64,000 nucleotides of DNA, from assembly GCF_000150275.1 (NCBI RefSeq), contig NW_002060945.1:9597128-9661127 (forward strand), written 5' to 3'. Each line of letters starts with the position of its first letter. Position 1 is the first letter of the stretch. The DNA comes from Trichoplax adhaerens. Lineage: Eukaryota; Animalia; Placozoa. This document shows, in pieces, positions 55,101-64,000 of the stretch. The position numbers and the translations under genes were made by a program. A model generated the notes under the pieces. The model saw only the letters and a program-made list of their open reading frames with translations, ran no database searches and was not told the origin of the DNA.

Positions 55101-58100
55101 GATTGCAATCATTGCATACTGTAGGTTTACGCATATTCAATGGCTGTTGTCAAATTAATTTTTTTAAAATAGGACAGTGAGCTGAGTTAATACTGAATTA
55201 GTTCTTTGTAAATAGTAAATGCCATAACTTAAAATAAGATAGGAGTACTTATCCTAGACTTCAATTTTAATCTCTTTAAGGAAATTATGGATCAAGTCTG
55301 TCTATTAGTCTAAAATAATTGAACTTGCAGGACAGTACGCACATTGACAGTATAACTTACTGTACTGTACTGTACACTATACAGTAGATCAAGCATTATA
55401 GTGCAATAATTATAACTTATTTAAATGGACCGATTCATTCAGTCAATTTGTCATTTAAATATTGCGATGAATTGATACAAATGTATTCCATGTAGTAGAT
55501 GTTATTCATTTTCTATCTTATTGGAGTGCGTACATGGTACGTGCTAATTCTTTTAATGGAGTTGAAGTAAGTGAAGTTGTTTATTTTTCTCTCAGCTCTT
55601 TGCGATTTTCCCTGCGTAAATGGAGGAAAGTGTACTGGACCAAACAAATGTACATGCGCACCCGGATTCAGTGGAGACGATTGCTCAATTAGTACGTTTA
55701 TATATATATATACAGTATATGTCATATACACCATACAGTACACGTATTTTTCATACAAAAAATTAAACTACAATACTAGAGTCTAAAAGTAACTACTATA
55801 GAAGTAGAAAGCTAACTGGTAAGAGTAGGAACCATTAAAACTTTTGCAAACGTAGATGTACTCGTTCGATTGGAATTTATTCCCTTTTAAAGCTTTCAAT
55901 TTTATACTTTTTATAGCATTGGTTATACTAATCATTCTGTAATAATATGATTATTCTAGGGATTGACATCGGCATTTGCTATCATAATTACACCAAAGGA
56001 AATTGCAGTAACCCTTACAGCAGATCTCTATCGAAGAATGACTGTTGTAAAAAGTTTAAGGGTATGGCATGGGGAAGTCATTGTCAACCGTGTCATGGTT
56101 TCGTTGATGTTTCTTCACGTTACGACAATCAGGCCTTCATGCCGCGTGAAGTTTACACAACAGGTACTGCCTTAAAAAAGTACTTTAGAATAGATTGTTG
56201 AAAATAGAATTATTCTTATTCTTATAATAAAATTACACATAGCACATTCATACTTGATTACGGCATCCATATTGCTATAGATCAGCTATCGTTTATCATT
56301 TGGAGTTATTAATCTTTTCGTTTGTACTAACCTCTATTAATAACTCTACTTGCAAACGAAAGTGTTAACATTTCTCGATCATATTGTCGTAGGTGATGCC
56401 AATCTATCTATCTATCTATATATGTACAGTATTTCTATAGTCAGGAGATAATAATACGTATTTATTACCAATTATGAGTGTGTTGAACATTTGGACACTA
56501 TTGTAGTACCGACGGTACTGGATTAGATAGTGATTAATAGTCTAGCTTTTACACTAGCTCATTTTACATAGTAGTTTTAAATCAATAGAACTTTTTTTAT
56601 ATTTGTAGGTGCACCAACACACGCCGTCTACACTGATTCTGCAACTTGTGTTGCGTGGGGACAGTCTCATTATCAAACTTTCGATGGCACTAATTACGAT
56701 TTTCATGGTCTTTGCAATTACAATTTAGTCCAAGATTGTGTCGATAATAGCTTCGCCGTTCAAACTAGATCTATTCCTTGTACTGGACTAGTAAGTTGTC
56801 CACGTAATGTAACTATTTTTATAGGAGAATCATTGAAGGTCAAATTCGAACCGCCACAGTTAGTACGAGTTAACGGTGCATTAGTTACTGTACCTTATAG
56901 CGGCAATGGTGTAAGTATTGGCAGTCATGGTAACCATTTATACTTTTCATGTGGTCTTGGTTTTCGTGTTAAATGGGACGGTCAATCGTCTGTTTATGTT
57001 ACCGTTGAAAAGACTAAAATGAATAAGTTATGTGGTCTTTGTGGAAGCTACGATAATCAACCTAACAATGACTTTACTACTAGTACCAGTACTGTCGTTA
57101 CATCTGCTGCAACGTTTGGTAATAGCTGGAAAGCGAATGAATACGGTGAATCGTGCCCTGATGTTGCCGATCGGTCATCAGCATGTCAACCCAACTCTTC
57201 TTTGGTTGCTACTGCTCAACAAGTTTGTAGTAAGATTTATTCTGACGCTTTTAAAGCCTGTCATCCCTTAGTGGCTGCGGAAGATTACTATCATTGGTGT
57301 TTAGAAGATGTTTGTTCTTGCAATGCTAGCAACTCTTCAGTTTGTGCTTGTAATGCATTAACAGAGTATAGCCGTAAATGTGTTCGTTTAGGGGCTCGTA
57401 ATCTATCTTGGCGTACACCAGATTTTTGTCCTAAACAATGTAGCTCTGGAATGATTTTCAATGAGTGTGCGTCGATGTGCCCTTTAACGTGTACCAGAAG
57501 AGCATCGAACTCCAGCCAGTGTAACAGTGACTGCTACGATGGTTGTGAATGTCCACCAAATAAAGTTTTACATGATAGTAGTTGTATTGATGTAGCCAGT
57601 TGTCCGTGTGTCCACAACAAGCTAAATTACATGCCTGGAGCTGTACTAAAGCAAGACTGCAATAATTGGTGAGTGTAAATTATCACTTCATAAATAGGAA
57701 CTAATCGGTCGATAGAATGTCTAGTAATATCAATTGATTATTATAGATGATACGCAAATTGATAGTAATGTTATTGTCGTAAGACATACTTTTAATGTTT
57801 TAGCGAAGGCAGTATTACTGTATAGATCGTATAGTACAGCTACTTTTCAATTGTACTGATATATTTACTCGTTACATTTTATAATTAGCACTTGTAAAGA
57901 TGGCTTGTGGGAGTGTACGAAGAAAACATGCGATAGTACCTGTTCTTCACTTAGAGGTGGCAATTTTATAACGTTTGACAAGTTGCGTTACAAGTTTCAT
58001 GGTAATTGTGAATACTACTTGGCGCAAGATCTTGATAAGAAATTTACAGTCACTATAAAGATTTATCCGTGTGGATTACATGATCTTTCAACGTGTACAG

Positions 58101-61100
58101 AATCTTTAAAGATTAAATTATCAAATGATACCTTTATCTTGAAAAAGAATCAAACTGTCATGGTCAATAATCAATTAGTAACATTGCCTTACTTTACTGA
58201 AGCTGTAACAGTTAAAAGTGCGACTGCTTCTCTCATTTCTTTTCATGCAAAAATTGGATTAGAATTAACATGGAATGGTGATTCTAGTACTTATGTAACT
58301 GTAAGTTCTGCATTTTATGACAAAACTCGAGGTTTATGCGGTATTTTTAACGGTAATCAAAACGACGATTACACTACGCTAGAAGACAATGTTGAGTCAT
58401 CACCGATACAATTTGCTAACACATGGAAAGTTGACAGTGCATGTCAAGATGTTGATCCTTCTGTTACAGCGCCTGACCCTTGTCAGGTATCTCTACAACG
58501 TAAAGTTCCTGCTGAAAATATGTGTAGCATTATCAAAAATGGTGACGCCTTTACGCCTTGTCATTCTGTTGTTAATCCAGACTACTATTATGATAATTGC
58601 TTATCTGCTGTATGCAGTTGTAGTAACCAAGATTGTTTATGCCCGGCTTTAGCTGAATATGCTAGAGAGTGCAGTATAAAAGGGATGTTATTAGACTGGA
58701 GAAATGCTAGTAACTGTATAAAGCAATGTCCTGTTGGTCAAGTTTATAATGAATGTGGATCATCTTGCGACCGAACCTGCGCTGAAATCGCTAGTGATTT
58801 GGATGTGTGTTCAAATAAGTGTACAGCTGGATGTAGCTGTCCGTCAGGTACAGTACTTAACAATAACAATACTTGTGTAATACCTGCAGAATGCCCTTGT
58901 AGTCATCAAGGAATCACATACGAACCTGGCTCTAGGCGTAATTCAACATGTAGCAGCTGTCTATGTAGTGGAGGGCGATGGATTTGTAGCGATATAGATT
59001 GCGATAATTTATGTCCAAATAATCAAGTCTACAGCAATTGTACCACGCTATGTGATCCCACTTGCGAAAATTTTGATCATGAATGTGTTGCTTCCAGTGT
59101 ATGTACTGAAGGATGTAAATGTCCTGCTGGACTAGTTTTAAATGAGGACACTAAAACTTGTGTAAACAGGTCTGCATGTCCTTGCCATGATGGTGGTAAG
59201 CACTACCTTCCTGGTGAGGTAATTCAGCGTGATTGTAACAACTGTACGTGTATTGGAAAGAAATGGTCTTGTACAAAGAAAGATTGCGCTGGAATTTGTT
59301 CAGCAACTGGAGATCCGCATTATGCAACATACGATGGGTTGCGTTATACATTTAGCGGTAAATGCAGCTATGTCCTATCGAAACCATGTAATAATAATAA
59401 TTTCGAAATAACTGTCGAGAACATACCATGTGGTGTCAGTGGCTCTACATGTACAAAAGCTGTAACTATAAGTATTGGCAACATGACGATCCATCTAATG
59501 CGTGGTCGGTTAATTACCATCGATGGTGTGGAGATATCATTGCCTAAAATACAAAATAATGTTACAATTTTGAAAGCTGGTTTATTTGTCATTGTCAAAT
59601 CAAGTCTTGGGTTTAGTGTTATGTGGGATGGTGCTCTTCGAGTTTACGTCCGACTTAGCCCTGATTATAAAGGATTGATGTGTGGGTTGTGTGGTAACTT
59701 TGATGGTAACGGAGGAAACGACTTGAAGTCAAGAAATAATATGCTTGAGAGTAGGGTTGACGATTTTGCAAATAGTTGGAAAGTTGATGAATCATGCAGT
59801 GATGTTGTTGAAGATATTAACAGGGATACATGCAAAATCAATCCGCATCGCTACGATTGGGCTCATTTAAAATGCAGTATTATCAACGGACCCCTTTTCA
59901 AGTCCTGCCATGCAAAAGTTGATTCCAATGCTTTCTATAAAAGTTGCTTACAAGATGCTTGTGGATGTGACTATGGCGGCGACTGTGATTGCTTATGTAC
60001 TGCAATTGCTGCCTATGCTCAGGAATGTAATCAGAAAGGAGTACACGTGTCATGGAGATCCGAAAATTTGTGTCCAGTCCAATGTACTCATGGAACCGAA
60101 TACAGTCCATGCGGAAAAATTTGTTCTACGACAGAGCAATCTTTTCCCGATAAAGATATTTGTGGAGAATACCAATGCGTAGAAGGATGTCATTGTCCAG
60201 AAGATCATTATTTCTATAACGGAACATGTATATGTGACTGTTGCACACCACAACCAACTGGTACGCCTACTGCAACACCAACCCCTACTAGTACACCTAC
60301 TACACCAACACCAACAAGTACACCTACTACAACACCAACTCCAACTACTAGTAAACCTACTACGACACCAACTCCAACACCAACTCCATCTAGTAAACCT
60401 ACAACAACACCAACTCCAACTCCAACAAGTAAACCTACAACAACACCTACTCCAACTAGTAAACCTACAACAACACCAACTCCTACTAGTAAACCTACTA
60501 CAACACCAACTCCAACTAGTAAACCTACTACAACACCAACTCCTACTAGTAAACCTACAACAACACCAACTCCTACTAGTAAACCTACTACGACACCAAC
60601 TCCAACTAGTAAACCTACAACAACACCAACACCTACTAGTAAACCTACAACAACACCAACACCAACTAGTAAACCTACTACAACACCAACTCCTACTAGT
60701 AAGCCTACTACAACACCAACTCCAACTAGTAAACCTACTACAACACCAACTCCAACTAGTAAACCTACTACAACACCAACACCAACTAGTAAACCTACTA
60801 CAACACCAACTCCAACTAGTAAACCTACTACAACACCAACTCCAACTAGTAAACCTACTACAACACCAACTCCTACTAGTAAACCTACAACAACACCAAC
60901 TCCTACTAGTAAGCCTACAACAACACCAACTCCTACTAGTAAACCTACTACAACACCAACTCCTACTAGTAAACCTACTACAACACCAACTCCTACTAGT
61001 AAACCTACAACAACACCAACTCCTACTAGTAAACCTACAACAACACCAACTCCTACTAGTAAACCTACTACAACACCAACTCCTACTAGTAAGCCTACTA

Positions 61101-61256
61101 CAACACCAACTCCTACTAGTAAACCTACAACAACACCAACTCCAACTAGTAAACCTACTACAACACCAACTCCAACTAGTAAACCTACTACAACCCCAAC
61201 TCCTACTAGTAAACCTACAACAACACCAACTCCTACTAGTAAACCTACTACAACCC
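49190..61256 (+). CDS. Large secreted VWD-assembly mucin-like protein: SP - EMI/FUN-like - 3xEGF - TB/hybrid-like - D1-D2-D'-D3 - PTS; 3' end lost in gap
   Basis: Frame-consistent exons: 49190-49278 (signal peptide [28 protein letters not shown]), 52890-53093 and 53237-53334 ([17 protein letters not shown]), EGF exons 53851-53943, 54705-54800 and 55596-55691, TB-like exon 55960-56163, 56609-57668 (VWD1-C8-TIL), and 57889 to the gap (VWD2, TILs, VWD3 with [10 protein letters not shown] and [10 protein letters not shown]8, TIL, PTS). The exon 1 linkage is the least certain part. Confidence 0.88.
60250..61256 (+). repeat. Coding 30-bp tandem repeat ([10 protein letters not shown])n, mucin PTS domain
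   Basis: Unit CCWACTAGTAARCCTACWACAACACCAACW, roughly 28 regular copies from ~60420 with only synonymous variation. Truncated by the N gap. Confidence 0.97.
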
Positions 61257-61306
61257 NNNNNNNNNNNNNNNNNNNNNNNNNNNNNNNNNNNNNNNNNNNN
61301 NNNNNN
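61257..61306. other. Assembly gap (50 N); a second gap lies at 62503-63004
   Basis: Runs of N. Both gaps fall at tandem repeats. Confidence 0.99.
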
Positions 61307-61534
61307 TCTTTTGAGCTTACTCTTGGCTTTGGAAGATTCCGTTGTGTCTACAACTAGGCCTGGAGGCATGGATGAGCTCTGATTCTTAACTATCTTTTTA
61401 CCAATACTTTCATAGGTGGCCATTTCATCCTGTGGCACATAACCTTCTTTGACCTTTCGCTCTTTCCTCCAAGTGCCATCGGGTCTTTTCGTAGCCGGAA
61501 TACTATATGCCGATTTCTCATTACTCGTTGCCAT
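61307..61534 (-). CDS. PYM1: PYM1 second copy, 5' part only (cut by gap; 1-bp deletion near the contig edge)
   Basis: Identical MATSNEKSAYSIPATKRPDGTW.. up to SSKAKSK. GAGCTTAC replaces GAGCTTTAC at ~61315. Confidence 0.85.
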
Positions 61535-63375
61535 GATTCAAAATAAGCCTATTTCTACTCATCAAATGATATTATAAGAAGAAAAAGTGATAATGATCCT
61601 CTACTTGCTTGAGCTATGTTGATTTTCCAACGGATTTGCAGTTTGCAGGTGTTGGTTGAATGAGGGTTAAAATGCTTGAAGCCCAGTACAGTAGTTACAC
61701 TGTGCAGTGTGCACTGTACACTGTACGCGCGTACTGTACTCTACAGTGTACAGTACTATAGTTTCTTTTTCGACTGTACAGTACAGTACTGTAGTACAAT
61801 ACTGTAACCATGAACGAGAGATCTCTCTCTAGTAGTGCTGGAATTCCTGGGTCGAAATGAGCGATCGAGCGGCGATTTCTCGATTTCCAGTAGCCATGAA
61901 ACTGTACCCAATACAGTACCGTGTGTTGAAAGAGTCTTCAATGTCACATACAGTACAGACTGTATGTGCTAAGCACGTACTATAAAACTCCGTCAAAGCC
62001 GTAGAGGTACAGTAAGAAGAAGAAGTTTAGAGTCCGAAAACTGCCTTCATGTTCAGAGCTGTTGGAACTGTACTACAGTACAGTATACTGTAGAGTCCAG
62101 TACGTTGTACAGTACAGTACCGGACCACCAGAAGGAGGCCCAAGTGGTCCGGATCTGTCCAGTGGTCCAAGCTGTTGAAACTGTACTACAGACAGTACAG
62201 TACAGTATTCCAGTTGTACAGTACTAGACTGGAATGCAAATTACACGGTCTACACTCTACAGTACTGTAGGCACGGACCGCCAGAAGGAGGCCCAAGTGG
62301 TCCAAGCTGTTGAAACTGTACAGTACTGTACAGTATTCCAGCTGTGTAGTACTGTACAGTTTCAACAGCTTGGACCACTGAACAGACCGGTTAAGTGCCC
62401 ATACGCAATTCCAGCAGGCACGGATCACCAGAAGGACGCCCAAGTGGTCCAAGCTGTTAAAACTGTACTGTCTACTGGACTGGAATGCAATTTACTGCAG
62501 GCNNNNNNNNNNNNNNNNNNNNNNNNNNNNNNNNNNNNNNNNNNNNNNNNNNNNNNNNNNNNNNNNNNNNNNNNNNNNNNNNNNNNNNNNNNNNNNNNNN
62601 NNNNNNNNNNNNNNNNNNNNNNNNNNNNNNNNNNNNNNNNNNNNNNNNNNNNNNNNNNNNNNNNNNNNNNNNNNNNNNNNNNNNNNNNNNNNNNNNNNNN
62701 NNNNNNNNNNNNNNNNNNNNNNNNNNNNNNNNNNNNNNNNNNNNNNNNNNNNNNNNNNNNNNNNNNNNNNNNNNNNNNNNNNNNNNNNNNNNNNNNNNNN
62801 NNNNNNNNNNNNNNNNNNNNNNNNNNNNNNNNNNNNNNNNNNNNNNNNNNNNNNNNNNNNNNNNNNNNNNNNNNNNNNNNNNNNNNNNNNNNNNNNNNNN
62901 NNNNNNNNNNNNNNNNNNNNNNNNNNNNNNNNNNNNNNNNNNNNNNNNNNNNNNNNNNNNNNNNNNNNNNNNNNNNNNNNNNNNNNNNNNNNNNNNNNNN
63001 NNNNNTCTGTCACAGTACTGTAGTTGTCCATGGTACAGTACAATGCACCCTACATCACCGCTGGGAATACTGCAGTATACTGTACGGAACAGCGGGTTGA
63101 TCTTGTATGCAATCCCCTGCCCATTTGTACACTGTACTGGTAAAGTGGATATTGCCCATTTCGTCTTGCTATGGGTAATGGAGTCTTGGCTGCCATCATA
63201 GTTACTCGCTCAAAGCCTCATCATCACTTACCTAACTTACTGTTCATGTAATCTTACAAACAACATTTTCGTGCCTTCAACAATTCAAAAAGTGGAGAAC
63301 AATATCGTAGTCAAGATTTCAATTATTACTTCTATCTTAAGGCAATAACGCGGATTGTTGAGTAATCCAAGCAAA

Positions 63376-63488
63376 ATGATGAGGAAAAGCATCGACTACG
63401 ACGCAACTTGGGCGTCATTGCGAAAAGTCATCTTTGATGTTCTTACATTGAAACCGGTGGATCGAATTATATGGAGCGATAGTATATC
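63376..63488 (+). CDS. CUL2: CUL2 second copy, first coding exon followed by the U12 donor
   Basis: Identical to 2337-2449, followed by GTATCCTTAAC. Confidence 0.88.
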
Positions 63489-64000
63489 GTATCCTTAACA
63501 TCATAGGTCTATTATTTGTTAGCCAGATATTCATTTTCAACCTTAAAATTGTTGCAATCCAATAGTAAACGACCTTACAGGATTAGTGTGTTGACATGAT
63601 TGTCCTAGGCAAGCCTATACAGTACTGTAGCGCCATGACCAAATGGATGCAATACTAGCAGTCATGTTACTTTACCCTATGATCGATCAATAGGGTAGAA
63701 TGCCTTGATCTCTTAATCATGACAGTACTATAAAATTGATCAATCGATGAAATAATCATGTAAGTTACAATGACTTTCCTATCATTCTGATGGACTATCT
63801 TACTTCATTCTTGCTATCATGAACTACTGTAACAGTATTGTGTCAACATGATTCTGTGTAGTCTGTAGCGATCAGTAAATAACTTGTAAACTAAAACTAA
63901 AATTATACCTACTCACCATGATGATCAATATTACAACACTGTACATAGGTAAAAGTAGTTAATATCCAGTGTTACAGGAGATTAAAATAGCTTCAATTAC

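Larger units (their letters stand above)
61307..64000 (+). repeat. Near-identical second copy of window positions 444-2961
   Basis: Direct match covering the PYM1 5' part, intergenic region, repeat array and CUL2 exon 1, with a handful of SNPs and indels. Confidence 0.97.

Noticed and set aside
60050-61534. 494-aa minus-strand ORF fusing PYM1 to a WCCSRFTS repeat, and the 382-aa LQH-rich ORF at 60234
   Set aside because: Artefacts: read-through across the N gap and alternative frames of the PTS repeat.

Overview
AT-rich, intron-dense eukaryotic (animal) genomic DNA with short GT-AG introns. Composition, gene structure and abundant ACAGT/ACTGT motifs suggest a compact early-branching metazoan such as the placozoan Trichoplax; this is an inference, not provable from the window. 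Gene order: PYM1 (-, intronless), a hairpin-repeat array, CUL2 (+, first coding intron U12-type), ACBP/DBI (+), SNAPC1 (-), SEC61A (-, intronless), PARD3/Par3 (+, apparently lacking PDZ1), palindromic tandem repeats, TFIP11 (+), and a large secreted-protein gene (+). That last gene reads signal peptide - EMI/FUN-like - 3 EGF - TB/hybrid-like - VWD D1-D2-D'-D3 - PTS mucin repeat and runs into an assembly gap. After the gap, 61307-64000 is a near-identical second copy of 444-2961. The most interesting items are the SCO-spondin/fibrillin-headed mucin, the two-PDZ Par3, a perfect four-way-junction GC island beside an intragenic promoter-like cluster, hairpin-forming repeats upstream of housekeeping genes, and promoter-clustered ACAGT arrays. 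All exon assignments and homologies were made by eye and from memory of the families; none was computed.
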